From: Stegostoma tigrinum
Taxonomy: Eukaryota
Assembly: GCF_030684315.1 (NCBI RefSeq)
Contig: NC_081357.1
Coordinates: 41,031,517 to 41,095,516 of the forward strand
DNA length: 64,000 nt
Direction: 5' to 3'
Shown here: piece after piece, positions 56,001 through 64,000 of the stretch
Layout: every line of letters begins with the position of its first letter
How positions within the stretch are numbered: the first letter of the stretch is position 1
Notes under the pieces: generated by a model
What the model was told of the DNA's origin: nothing
What the model saw: the letters and a program-made list of their open reading frames with translations, nothing else
Databases searched by the model: none
Translations under genes and position numbers: made by a program

Positions 56001-59000
56001 TTAGCCACTAATTCAATACTTAGAGCACAAAAAAAGGAAAAAAAATTGCACAAGTTAGACAGACTGCAAACAGTCTGAGAAGTGAGTAGGAGCATTTTAG
56101 CACTTTGAGTCAACTGAAAAGCATGTAAATGCCTCATTAAAATCACCGTCACTGCAATGCACATTAAATATACAAGATACTTAAAAGTAACATTCGCTCT
56201 AAAACACCAATCACTACACAATGTAATGAATTAACCTTCAATCACTGACATAATTTGTCAACTTCATTAATACAATCAGTACCATTTTGGTAACTGGGTA
56301 GGACACCTCTGAACCCCGTGAAACGCATAGAGAAAAGCCGAACACAATATTTCCTCATTACAGAGAGGCAGATACACGTTCAAATTTAACTTCACTCAGT
56401 TCCCATTCTGAACCACGTTGGCAAGGGTATGCAGCTTGAAGTCATGCACCTTCCAGCTAGGATTGAAGGGAAAGTAGAGACAGAAGTGGGATCCCAGCTC
56501 AATAATTCTATTACCTGCTACCATGTTATTGGCCATTACCAGCATTTGATCAGCACTACTTCTTCTACTGTTGCTACATAAAAGGCAATCAACTGAAAAA
56601 AATTGAGAGTAGTTTCTCAAAACTCTAGCAAAAATATATACTTTAGGCATTAAATGAGGATAAAACTGTAAAGCAACGCAGTCAGAGACTACAAACACGT
56701 TACTTTCCAATTGCACATATCTCTGAGCCAAAATGCAATCTGCTTTAAAGAAGCACTTAAAGAAATAGTCACAGTGGAGCATCACTATCTTTTCATTGTT
56801 ACCTTCAATTCTTTCTCAATTGGATGCCGGAGCTCAGTTATTTTAACTCGAACATTCTCTGAAAATTGATTGTAGTAGTTGTACAAATTCCAGAGTAAAC
56901 TGCACAGGTCATCTGTGACAAATAATTTTCTGGTTAACACTCAACTTTATCCAGATTGGGTTGTAACTAAAGCCAACCTTAATGAAAGAAATATTTGCAA
57001 ACAATGTTGGACACTGCTTCACAATGGCTCATAAAACATACAAAAACTTCATTTGCATTGCTTCTGTTCATTTTCAATGCTCTCTCACCAAAAAAAATTG
57101 GGATATTCAAGTAGTAGGCACACCAAAATGCTTTAACTGCCAAATCACAGTGGGAAAATTACTATTTCCATACTTTCACTTTCATGGAAATACTGAATAA
57201 GACCTCAGACTAACTTTATACTAAAACTTGTCATAATGTCCTATCCGTACTAAAACTCGTCAAAGTCCTATCCATACTAAAATCATTTCATTTTATAGAA
57301 AACCTCTATACCATTTCACCCAGATATCCAGGGGCTACTGGTCCCAAAACATATGGGCTTTGGAAGGATTCAAGTATAATTAAAAACCAAAAGAAATGCA
57401 GATGCCGTAAATCAGAAACAAAAATCGAAATTGCTGAAAAAGCTCAGCAGGTTTTGTGGAGAGAAATCAGTTAATGAGGTTTTGGGTCACGTTGCTTCTT
57501 AATTACGAGAAAAAAAGCATTAAGACCCAACTTCTTAAACATTTTCAAAGTATTTCAACACATTTTGAATTACCTTTTCCCTCCTGCTGTGGCACTGCTA
57601 TAACATGACAGTGAAATGCCAACAGCATGGACAGGCGAAAATGAAACTCTCCCAGGGTAGCTCCTTCAACAAAAGTTTGCAGTGTGGTGATCACTTCTGG
57701 CAGCTTCATTTGCTGTTCCACCCCTGTCCAGATTAATAAAAGCATAAACTTTATTAAACAAGCATCATTCAGCCTCACTACAAAGAATACAATAAAATTC
57801 AGAAATAAAACCAGAATACGCCAGAAATACTCAAGAAATCAGGCAGCACATGCAGACAGAAATAAAGTTAACCTTTCAGGTCAAATGGCTTTTCGTCAGA
57901 ACTGAAGGAAGAAAGAAAATCAAGAGGTTTTAAAGCGAGTTGAAGACGGAATAAAGAACAAAAAAGGGAAGGTCTGCAATGAAAGGTGTAGGGCAGGAGG
58001 GATTAATGAACAGAAGCTTTCATGAGGCAAAAGCCAAACAGTGTCATAATGGATATTGTAAACAAATAGAAAAAGTGATGACAGAAGATTATGAACAACA
58101 GCTTTGCTTCATCAGTAGTTTTTACTATGTGCATGAGAACAAATTACTGTTGGCAAACTAATAAAAACACACACAAATTTGTAACCTAAAATTTGTCTAT
58201 TACCTCTAAATTAGATAGAGTCATTCCTAGAACAAAAGTAAAATGAAAGTGTTTGTTGCAGGCTATTTAAGAGTTTAACAGCACTGCATCACAAAATCTT
58301 GTAGAGAATCACAATTTAGCAGAATCTTCCCTGGTCCAGCAAAAGCTACTGCTATAAGAGCAAGGCAGAGGCTGATATGAGTTTGCAGCAAGCTACACAG
58401 AGGGTGATAAATACCTGAAATACACTGTCAGAGGTGGTGGTAGAAGTGGATACAATAGCAACACTTAAGAGGCATCTTGACAGATACTGTTGGTTCTGAT
58501 ATAGTGATACTTCCGTTCTCTTGAGATCTTGCATTATAAGAAAGTCATGCAACAGTCATGCCACTTAAACTAATGGGGCTGGAAAGGTCACGTTCCACAA
58601 ATAGCAGTTTAAATTCTTCAAATCGTGTTGAAGAAACACACCTTATATCAGAACTGACTGTATATGAATAGGCAGGGAATAGAGGGAATCAGACCCCATA
58701 GAGGCAGAAGGTTTTGTAGTTTAAAAAGGCATTGTGTGTTGACACAGTCTTGGTGGGTCAAAGGGTCTGTTCCTGTGCTTTACTGTTCTTTGTTACTCAC
58801 CTCCCAACTAATCAAAGCCTGTCATAATGCTATTGGAGCTGCACACTATCAGCTCAATACCACCCTGGGCTTAGTATCTCATCTGTCACTTTAATCTTTC
58901 ACACTCTCTACTATTGGAATCCAATAGCAGATGCATTCACCATCTACAAGATGCACTGCAGCAACTCGCAAGCACTGAAATGACTGGCCTGCAACAACCA

Positions 59001-59192
59001 CATTCATTTTTCCTTGTTTAGGCAGCACTACCACCACCACAACTATCTCAAAGGAAAAGTGCAACAAACACATGGGGAACAACGACCATCTCTAAACACA
59101 CAATCCACCGTGAAAATATATTACTGTTGTTTGCAACTTGCTACTTTAAAATCCTGGGACTTAAGATTTAATAGAACAGTGGAAGCACCTCC

Positions 59193-59243
<51 letters not shown>

Positions 59244-60070
59244 CCTTCAAAGGCAATAAACGCTGACTTTGATAGCAATAACCACTCTATGATTTAATAC
59301 GATCACCACATATAGATAACACTGAACCAGAAACAGTTAGCTTTGATTTTGTTCAGTTCAATCGCACCCAAGATACTCTTTTAATTCAACAGTGAAATGA
59401 CTCATTATAACTACCTGATCAAATTTTCAAATAGCAAATATGACAGGCCTGAATGTTCAACTTTAACACTGTAGACTGGACGTATTCTGAAATGTTTTTA
59501 CATGGATAAACTGCCTTCAGAAATTTTGCTGTAAACAATAAAATAATTGCAATGCCAATCTACCTTGCAGATTTTCTTCCACACGTTCCTGAAGATATTT
59601 TTCAATTAACTGGTAGATCGAAAACCAGTGCTTGGTCGATTTCTCCATGTGCCTTTTGATCACAACGTTAAGACTACTAGACCAGCAACTGCAGATGGAG
59701 ATTAAACACAAGTCATGAGTTATAGAAGGCTGGGGAGCAAAGATTAAGCTTCTGCTTCATATGTAATGTAGTAGAATCAGAAAAAAATTTTAAAAACTGT
59801 TTTAAAAGAATTAGAAGATAACCTAAGATTCACACCCATGACTGCTATCTCATGGCTTCTGTGGAAACGGGCAGTGGGAATGTCGGTCAAGGACACAGTA
59901 ATACAAGCTCTCTGGATGTCAATGAGACCACTCAACAGTCTAAAGGTCAAGTGGGCTGGAAACGTGGGAGTGATACATTTACAACGTCTCACTGTATTCC
60001 TTTTAGATTTGTCGACAAAGATCAATGAGAGTGTGAGCCAAGGGTGTGGGTGTGTAAGTGGTGTATGTGT

Positions 60071-60149
<79 letters not shown>

Positions 60150-63076
60150 GGGGAGTGGAAGAGATATCTGACACCTTGACTCATGCCCCAGCATACCTGA
60201 AAATTTTAGAAGAGAAGGTGCAAAACTGGTAGAATAAAATGTAAGCACCAAGGATTGTACTGATTCAAGATTTTGGTCACCCCATAGCATGTTGTAACTA
60301 ACACCACAAAAAGCCCAGGTAACCTACTGAAACAAATTTTTGAGTGTTGCATCAACATCTTGCAGGACAATTATTCATTCTTCTTGATCTAAATCATACA
60401 GTTTGACAATACAGATTTGTAGTTTTAAAGCCAATATTGGTAAAATAAATTAGATTGGGTTACTTTCAAATGTTCGTATGAGAGGGGTGGTAGTTATTAT
60501 ACAAAAGGATTTACTTGCAACAATTTCAATTCCCAGGAATCTGCTGCCATAGGAAAAAGTGGAAATGAAGCCACTGACCACATGTCTAACATAGTTCAGT
60601 AATGATTCTTACTTCAGCTCCAGTTTGCGCCATTGGATGATCAGTTGGCTGACAGCATCAAGGTGCTGCCTTAAGGACACCGATCGACTAGCAGTTGCCT
60701 CCCAGTCCTACAGAACAAAAATGGTTAGGGATTTTCCGAACAAGAATAGTGATGAACAAACACTGGAATATAAATTTTGTCAGTTTGAGAGAGCAGGACA
60801 ATGGGAGGGGAAGAATGACTCACCTGGGATTTGCTCAAGAGGATCTCCATGCCGTTTAAGAATTTCGCCAGAGGACTAGAAACAGGAAAGCTTCTGACTC
60901 TGTCCATTACAACCAAAAGCTGTAAAACAAAAATCAGCCTGTCTTGAATTTCACATCAAAAATGTGCCAGGCGTTCCATGAAGAACTATTGGCATATTGT
61001 AAATTTCAGACATGCATTTGCTGCCAAATTGAGGCTAAAATACTTGTAATAGATCTGTCATAAAGCATCAGAACAAAATAATGTAAGACAGCAGTAACTG
61101 TTATAAAATATACACCAGATCTAGGTAAATGTCAAATCCAATCTGAAATTATCCTTAAGCAGTTCAGTCTGAATTTACATATTGTCTGCAGATGTTATGT
61201 AGTGAATATATTTCACATTTTTGTCTTAAATTAGCAATACTGTAGTGCTACAGACTTTCTGCGACAATTATCATAGCTCATTTCTCTTTCTCACATACCC
61301 TTATCTATCAAGCCTTGGTTTAAAAAATATCTTTTGCAGCTGATCAGAAAAATTCAGAAACAGTGTAGTTCAGATTGCTGAGGTATGTCTCTTTGTGCTA
61401 AACGTAATGATCCGTGTATTTGACTGTTAATTATTTAATACTTACAAGCACTTAACTATTTCCATTTTATATATATATAGCTGTTGTCCAGCAAGACTAT
61501 GGCGCAAGATTTCTAACAATATGTTAGCATTCAGAGACAATAATGACAGTAAGTGCTCACACTCACGTGCTTTCCTCAAACCAGGTGTACAACAGAAAGA
61601 GCTTCTATTCTGCAGCGACCCTGTACCTGATTTTGGAATGCTAACAACCTTATTGGAAAATCCTGAGATAGGAGCAGGGGTAGACCAAATGGTTCACCAA
61701 GCCTACTCTGCCTTTCAGCACAATCATAGCTGATCTTGAGCTTCAACTCCACTTTCCCATCTGCTTTCTGTATTCCTTAAGACAAAAAAGTTGTCTAAAC
61801 CAGCCTTAAACGTGTTCAACAATGGAACGTACCCAATTATTTGAAGTAGACAATTGCAAAGATTCACAATCCAGTGTGTGATCTGTCATCTCAGTTCTAA
61901 AGTGATCAATCACCCATCCTAAGGTTGCTGTCCTAAGCTGTTTTAAATTGGGGTGGCACGGTGGCTCAGTGGTTAGCACTGCAGCCTCACAGCGCCAGGG
62001 ATCCGGGTTCGATTCCAGCCTCAGGTAACCATCTGTGCGGAGTTTGCACATTCTCCCTGTGTCTGTGTGGGTTTCCTCCAGGTGCTCCGGTTTCCTCCCA
62101 CAGTCCAAAGATGCGCAGGTTAGGTGGATCGGCCATGCTAAATTGCCCGTAGTGTTCAGGGGTGTGTGGGTTATAGGGGGACGGGTCTGGGTGGGATGCT
62201 CCAATGGGTGGTGTGGTCTTGTTGGGCCTGTTCCACACTGTAGGGAATCTAATCTAATCTGAATTCTCCATCCAACAGATACAATCACATTGTTTACTAT
62301 ATAAAGAGATCAGAATTTTGTCAATGCAATGAGATCTCCTTTCATTCATCTAAAAACTAGAGAATCCAGGCCCAATTTACTCAGCCTCTCATTACAAGCC
62401 AACCCTGTCAGCCCCGAGATCAGTCCACTGAACCTTTGCTACATTGCCTCCACACACATATACCATTCCTTAAACACAGAAACTATTGATCCACCTAGCT
62501 TACCAGGTGTGACTTGGCCATAACCCTGCACAATTGTAGCAACTTCTACTCGTCTTCAAATCTCCCTGCACCAAATAACTTTCTCATTCCTTATTGCATC
62601 TATATGCCAACTTCTGTGGTCCCTACATGTGCAGATACAGTCTCTAAGGACATCAACTTTTACAAGTTTCAAACCTTAGAGACTGATCCACTAATGACAG
62701 AAAAGCAAATGGGAACAGAGTTGTCACCTTAACACAACAACTGACGGCAGAATCTTATGCTGAAACACACCAACAAAATGAAAAGGATTACGGTGGATGG
62801 TGTGAAAAGGTGCAGAATGCAACAACTGGATTCTCCTCACCTGCAGCAGAGCTGGATGGTCAGGCCAGTCCAGTAATAATTCTTTCACCTTTTGGGTGAA
62901 GCTTCTCAGGATGGGCTGGCACTTTTTAGCTTCCTGGATGTTTGGATGTTGGTAGAAATCATAGGTATCTTCCTGGGGCAGGATAAGCTCAGAAGTTTCT
63001 TCGCCCCCAACAGTGTTTTGGATGACAGAACTGATCAATAGCTGACTACCCTGAAGCTCTCCATTCAAGGAACTAT
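7870..63076 (-). CDS. MDN1: Midasin (MDN1/Rea1 AAA-ATPase, 60S biogenesis), 3' portion: 37 coding exons, 5' end beyond window
   Basis: Exons joined by hand with consistent phases give ~1900 codons resembling vertebrate midasin as I recall it (YDFYQHPN, DWE..ASR, GFCLP, GDYRTGKRLNMRKVIPYIASQFRKDKIWLRRT, DDSSSM, DALRQWFE). Confidence 0.97.
8424..8566 (-). CDS. MDN1: MDN1 exon (IAQLLLIVSDGRGLFLEGKERV...VVLDNPDSK)
   Basis: AG/GT, 143 nt, phase 1->0; MIDAS SDG. Confidence 0.95.
9392..9455 (-). CDS. MDN1: MDN1 exon (FLESAANMFIAAQDQSQLGKP)
   Basis: AG/GT, 64 nt, phase 0->1. Confidence 0.9.
9967..10081 (-). CDS. MDN1: MDN1 exon (FGENVQLLHPFHELF...FQQKKTKIAQ)
   Basis: AG/GT, 115 nt, phase 2->0. Confidence 0.95.
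10570..11350 (-). mobile_element. CR1 LINE 3' fragment
   Basis: IQRQFIRRIPGLSGLPYVERLDRLGQYLLEFRSVSGDLIETYKIL. Confidence 0.85.
11660..11880 (+). mobile_element. Solo LTR-like element (same family as 16226-16458)
   Basis: CCAAT, TATAAA, AATAAA in order; ends ttatttca; similar to second copy. Confidence 0.55.
12360..13389 (-). mobile_element. 5'-truncated Penelope-like element with GIY-YIG endonuclease C-terminus
   Basis: NVVYCIHCTRCGLLYIGETKRKLGDRFAEH...PVANHF; TSD catcaacaaaca 12348-12359/13390-13401. Confidence 0.92.
12457..12484 (-). ncRNA. Minimal hammerhead ribozyme core (Penelope type)
   Basis: CUGAUGA-A-GGGUC-UA-GGCCC-GAAA-CGUC on minus strand. Confidence 0.7.
13824..13897 (-). CDS. 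MDN1: MDN1 exon (LAFESLAVIGNSLSLLEVGQVAVC)
   Basis: AG/GT, 74 nt, phase 0->2. Confidence 0.94.
14559..15466 (+). mobile_element. Non-autonomous pogo/Tc2-like DNA transposon with CR1 tail inserted (~14764-14870)
   Basis: Imperfect TIRs CCGTGTACATGCAAGTAAAAGTTGA / rc CTGTATATACTCATGTAAAAGTTGA, TA on both sides; internal catgtaaaagtcaaccc repeats. Confidence 0.8.
15622..15796 (-). CDS. MDN1: MDN1 exon (GDYRTGKRLNMRKVIPY...LAIDDSSSMVDNHSKQ), MIDAS DxSxS
   Basis: AG/GT, 175 nt, phase 2->0. Confidence 0.97.
16226..16458 (+). mobile_element. Solo LTR
   Basis: TG...CA termini, flanks tactg/aactg (4/5 TSD), CCAAT box, degenerate polyA signal. Confidence 0.65.
17498..17613 (-). CDS. MDN1: MDN1 exon (EKAAAEMWQQY...LCEQLRLILEPTQAAKL)
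   Basis: AG/GT, 116 nt, phase 0->2. Confidence 0.95.
19135..19630 (+). mobile_element. CR1 LINE 3' fragment
   Basis: aggatgtggaggcttttcagaggatgcaaaagaggtttgccaggatgttgcctgg...; typical CR1 tail. Confidence 0.75.
20710..20799 (-). CDS. MDN1: MDN1 exon (RVVPDPAQLRKQLEQQLDAW...PEE)
   Basis: AG/GT, 90 nt, phase 0->0. Confidence 0.91.
21482..21795. mobile_element. Inverted pair of Penelope-terminus fragments
   Basis: gtgctggagaaactcagcaggt / acctgctgagtttctccaacac. Confidence 0.65.
21803..21963 (-). CDS. MDN1: MDN1 exon (SDSNLEG...PERSRESTIHT...FEK)
   Basis: AG/GT, 161 nt, phase 1->0. Confidence 0.9.
22564..24705 (+). mobile_element. 5'-truncated CR1 LINE ORF2 pseudogene inserted in an older antisense CR1 (~22165-25020)
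   Basis: KSPGPDGLHPRVL, ENYRPISLTSVVGKIL, FADDTK RT motif, GLYSLEFRRLRGDLIETYK; stops/frameshifts; aagac repeated at both junctions. Confidence 0.93.
25809..26012. mobile_element. Tigger-like MITE (relatives at ~33055-33251 and ~55264-55485)
   Basis: tacagg start, degenerate TIRs, shared internal ttgtaagt motifs. Confidence 0.55.
26034..26201 (-). CDS. MDN1: MDN1 exon (VATAEQQ...QELKPEKK...AP)
   Basis: AG/GT, 168 nt, phase 1->1. Confidence 0.91.
26337..26538 (-). CDS. MDN1: MDN1 exon (SYKRKPGHTDAERTLGD...YEHIK...DAQTF)
   Basis: AG/GT, 202 nt, phase 0->1. Confidence 0.93.
28331..28550. mobile_element. Fold-back Penelope-terminus element (older subfamily)
   Basis: Imperfect IR centred at 28421-28422 (ttcatcag-ag-ctgatgaa); degenerate 15-bp flanking duplication (12/15). 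Confidence 0.75.
28941..29042 (-). CDS. MDN1: MDN1 exon (EQGSGAADANQSEGHESKL...KTQ)
   Basis: AG/GT, 102 nt, phase 0->0. Confidence 0.92.
29490..30575 (-). mobile_element. Degenerate CR1 LINE fragment
   Basis: Antisense CR1 RT-region nucleotide motifs (ggtcccagcactgatcc, acagtactccaggtatggtct). Confidence 0.7.
30908..31060 (-). CDS. MDN1: MDN1 exon (VDEDTQ...QSDTAVELAGSASEKDKAKE)
   Basis: AG/GT, 153 nt, phase 0->0. Confidence 0.92.
31638..31963 (-). CDS. MDN1: MDN1 exon, D/E-rich region (DNPFDIEEK...GQQPT)
   Basis: AG/GT, 326 nt, phase 1->0. Confidence 0.9.
32587..32728 (-). CDS. MDN1: MDN1 exon (REYDENEVDPY...ALDLPEDLNL...)
   Basis: AG/GT, 142 nt, phase 0->1. Confidence 0.92.
33468..33611 (-). 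CDS. MDN1: MDN1 exon (EKSELVAKDDN...IHEQLDE)
   Basis: AG/GT, 144 nt, phase 0->0. Confidence 0.93.
34321..34493 (-). CDS. MDN1: MDN1 exon (KDDNDEE...LDKQMGDL...KLDERLWG...GPGMDG)
   Basis: AG/GT, 173 nt, phase 1->0. Confidence 0.93.
34530..35210 (-). mobile_element. CR1 LINE 3' fragment
   Basis: cataagaccataagaaataggaacaggagt tail; antisense ORF2 C-terminus. Confidence 0.75.
35906..37201. repeat. Long inverted repeat (35906-36197 / 36934-37201) flanking an MDN1 exon
   Basis: Arms are reverse complements over ~270 bp with a few substitutions and indels. Confidence 0.92.
36371..36509 (-). CDS. MDN1: MDN1 exon (VEDTF...NAIEMTEDFQGKLHDG...P)
   Basis: AG/GT, 139 nt, phase 0->1. Confidence 0.93.
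37777..37914 (-). CDS. MDN1: MDN1 exon (GFCLPEELMED...GGIGEGEGVKDVSDRIENEDQ)
   Basis: AG/GT, 138 nt, phase 0->0. Confidence 0.94.
38315..38812 (+). mobile_element. CR1 LINE 3' fragment
   Basis: ctggagtttagaagatt..., gatcagccatgatctcattgaa tail. Confidence 0.72.
39017..39178 (-). CDS. MDN1: MDN1 exon (LFNQNC...ATHRSSGKLLSVLSQLFTDLAVQ)
   Basis: AG/GT, 162 nt, phase 0->0. Confidence 0.92.
40114..40301 (-). CDS. MDN1: MDN1 exon (NKGNLDEEEPNKIQTGYLSK...QQYQ)
   Basis: AG/GT, 188 nt, phase 1->0. Confidence 0.88.
41014..41133 (-). CDS. MDN1: MDN1 exon (SSVSLLVDFNLQVEPAINTVLCAVQAVV...KEQ), GC donor
   Basis: ctag acceptor; AAG|gcaaga donor; 120 nt, phase 1->1. Confidence 0.85.
41245..41465 (-). CDS. 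MDN1: MDN1 exon (TCFETCSLGISCLNRAMVQ...LNLTFD)
   Basis: AG / G|gtgaga donor, 221 nt, phase 2->1. Confidence 0.88.
41740..42560. mobile_element. Penelope-like element with inverted 3' ends (minus arm with GIY-YIG, plus arm from ~42255)
   Basis: TNVVYKIPCNDCHNHDIGQ (minus); REFLEAWFS...IELDPIY (plus); both ends carry a degenerate gtcacc..ggtgac hammerhead stem. Confidence 0.85.
42925..44010 (-). mobile_element. DeuSINE (SacSINE1-like) split by antisense CR1 fragment (~43050-43820)
   Basis: Deu-domain-like ctgacactccagtgcagtactgaaggaatgctg on minus strand; second part ~42930-43045. Confidence 0.6.
44087..44563 (-). CDS. MDN1: MDN1 exon (YLIKSLHKIQK...LWFLQCCP...TLLYS)
   Basis: AG/GT, 477 nt open, phase 2->2. 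Confidence 0.92.
44798..44913 (-). CDS. MDN1: MDN1 exon (ELSLGNVERCQGFTAHLLKLL...EQWVSL)
   Basis: AG/GT, 116 nt, phase 0->2. Confidence 0.92.
46160..46265 (-). CDS. MDN1: MDN1 exon (LLAEISAAWEDCQKFFYQS...TPAK)
   Basis: AG/GT, 106 nt, phase 2->0. Confidence 0.92.
46788..46998. mobile_element. Inverted Penelope-terminus fragments
   Basis: cagcaggtcaggcagcatcagag / ctctgatgctgcctggcctgctg. Confidence 0.65.
47124..47378. mobile_element. Fold-back Penelope-terminus element inserted in a plus-strand CR1 (~47070-47870)
   Basis: IR centred at 47263; CUGAGGA...GAAA motif; TSD accaggatg 47115-47123/47379-47387. Confidence 0.8.
48327..48453 (-). CDS. MDN1: MDN1 exon (LSYRKGLAWSR...ELDN)
   Basis: AG/GT, 127 nt, phase 1->2. 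Confidence 0.92.
48610..48895 (+). mobile_element. SINE-like repeat (related pieces at ~55700-55860 and 63925-64000 minus)
   Basis: Shared ccatccttacctggtctgg..acatgtgactcca block in several copies. Confidence 0.6.
49509..49655 (-). CDS. MDN1: MDN1 exon (NVITTVRDLQSL...KQRALADLFKHLTEI)
   Basis: AG/GT, 147 nt, phase 1->1. Confidence 0.93.
51720..51879 (-). CDS. MDN1: MDN1 exon (VFSPD...RLPALSKRMRKMC...LDQFT)
   Basis: AG/GT, 160 nt, phase 0->1. Confidence 0.92.
53197..53377 (-). CDS. MDN1: MDN1 exon (TLFKFMKKFEAVLNNPC...HVTQ)
   Basis: AG/GT, 181 nt, phase 2->0. Confidence 0.92.
55880..55953 (-). CDS. MDN1: MDN1 exon (DFVKISRWNDASFWSVKQSVEKTH)
   Basis: AG/GT, 74 nt, phase 0->2. Confidence 0.93.
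56803..56912 (-). CDS. MDN1: MDN1 exon (DLCSLLWNLYNYYNQF...IEKELK)
   Basis: AG/GT, 110 nt, phase 1->0. Confidence 0.92.
57574..57723 (-). CDS. MDN1: MDN1 exon (VEQQMKLPEVITTLQTFVEGATLGEFHFRL...)
   Basis: AG/GT, 150 nt, phase 1->1. Confidence 0.9.
58486..58662. mobile_element. Tigger-like MITE inside a CR1 tail
   Basis: tactgttggttctgatata ... tatatcagaactgactgta TIRs with TA ends. Confidence 0.7.
59194..59242. repeat. (CA)n microsatellite
   Basis: Direct read. Confidence 0.98.
59564..59688 (-). CDS. MDN1: MDN1 exon (CWSSSLNVVIKRHMEKSTKHWFSIYQL...)
   Basis: AG/GT, 125 nt, phase 2->1. Confidence 0.92.
60074..60153. repeat. (GA)n microsatellite followed by a poly-G run
   Basis: Direct read. 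Confidence 0.98.
60613..60707 (-). CDS. MDN1: MDN1 exon (DWEATASRSVSLRQHLDAVSQLIIQWRKLEL)
   Basis: AG/GT, 95 nt, phase 0->2. Confidence 0.93.
60824..60919 (-). CDS. MDN1: MDN1 exon (LLVVMDRVRSFPVSSPLAKFLNGMEILLSKSQ)
   Basis: AG/GT, 96 nt, phase 0->0. Confidence 0.93.
61950..62260 (+). mobile_element. HE1-like tRNA-derived V-SINE inserted in antisense CR1 (~61660-62640)
   Basis: A box tggctcagtgg, B box ggttcgattcc, V-domain gagtttgcacattctcc..gggtttcctcc..ggtttcctccca, (aatct)n tail. Confidence 0.9.
62841..63076 (-). CDS. MDN1: MDN1 exon (DSSLNG...YDFYQHPNIQE...PALLQ)
   Basis: ttag acceptor, CAG|gtgag donor; phase 1->0. Confidence 0.92.
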
Positions 63077-64000
63077 CTAATGTGAACAAATAATAGTTCA
63101 ATTAAAACAAACCAAATTAACATTTATATGATCAGTAATAAAGAGAGAATGCAATTGTAAATCACAGGTTAACTTTCAAATTTCAGGTGTTTGTCTCCCT
63201 CATTTACTTCAATTTTAATTATGTGGCTTTACAATTCAATTTGGGAAGAATTAATGGCATAAAATTTTGCTCTGGAAATCTTGTGCTCTTGTACAACTAG
63301 ATAATGGCTATTACTTTCATACATCTGAATGCATTAGGACAAAAGCTGAATTAAAGGTGTAAGTTTAAGAAGGCAGTTCCTAATTTTTTTAAAAACATGC
63401 TAATGAAGTGATTTCCACCGACTGGACTGTTTTGAAGTGCTGTCAGCAAACAGAGCTGTCATTTGGAATGCAAGATCCCCTAAATCAGTTTAATGATCTC
63501 TTAATCTTTAAGGGCTGGATGCCCTATCCCTACACGTAGGTTCCTAGCTCAGCTTTCAACAATTAATGGCAATCATCTACAGTTAGAAATATGAGATTTT
63601 ATCTGCAGTTGACAATATTTGTTGAGAGAGAAATATGAGAATTTAAAGCTGAAAAACACCAAGATCCATCTTCCAAAGTCCGGGTGGTTATAGAATAAAA
63701 AAGAAAATACACAGTGCACCAAACACAGTCATCATTTAGGAAGCAAGAAAGCTCCAACATTGGAGAAATTTTGCAGTCAGTCATCTGTTACTCCAAAGCA
63801 CAACATGACTTTTTAGTGTTTCATTTGATATGCACATTGCTGGCAAAGACTGCATTTATTGACCTTTTTTCCATTATCCTTGAACTAAGTGGCATACTAG
63901 GCAATTCCAAAAAGTAGTTAAGAGTCAACCCAATTACTGCGGATTTGGAGTCACATGTAGACCAGACCAGGTAAGGATGGCTGACTTCCTTCTTTGAAGG

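Noticed and set aside
59777-60290. ORFs with (ER)n/(LS)n tracts
   Set aside because: Produced by the (GA)n microsatellite.
61950-62025. tRNA gene
   Set aside because: A/B boxes continue into a V-SINE body and tail; it is a SINE head.
1-64000. CRISPR arrays, rRNA, intronic snoRNAs
   Set aside because: No repeat-spacer arrays or rRNA-like sequence; no convincing C/D or H/ACA structure by eye (a covariance-model search would be needed).

Overview
Vertebrate genomic DNA, very likely a shark (HE1-type V-SINE, DeuSINE, CR1 and Penelope repeat types; inference). The minus strand carries the 3' part of the midasin gene MDN1. I traced 37 coding exons from 63076 down to the stop at 7870; all splice phases are consistent, they total 5702 nt (~1900 codons), and they cover linker, D/E-rich region and C-terminal MIDAS/VWA domain. 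One intron is GC-AG. About 5 kb downstream on the same strand are the CpG-rich promoter and exons 1-2 of LYRM2. Introns are full of CR1 LINEs, SINEs, TA-flanked Tc1/mariner-pogo MITEs, solo LTRs and Penelope-like (GIY-YIG) elements. Most notable: (i) recurrent fold-back Penelope-terminus insertions whose symmetry axis lies just 5' of a hammerhead-ribozyme core, including a perfect 196-bp palindrome just upstream of LYRM2; (ii) a ~270-290 bp inverted repeat bracketing one frame-shifting MDN1 exon; (iii) a Penelope-in-Penelope nest with two sets of TSDs. No wholly new protein-coding system could be supported. Repeat boundaries are approximate, read by eye.
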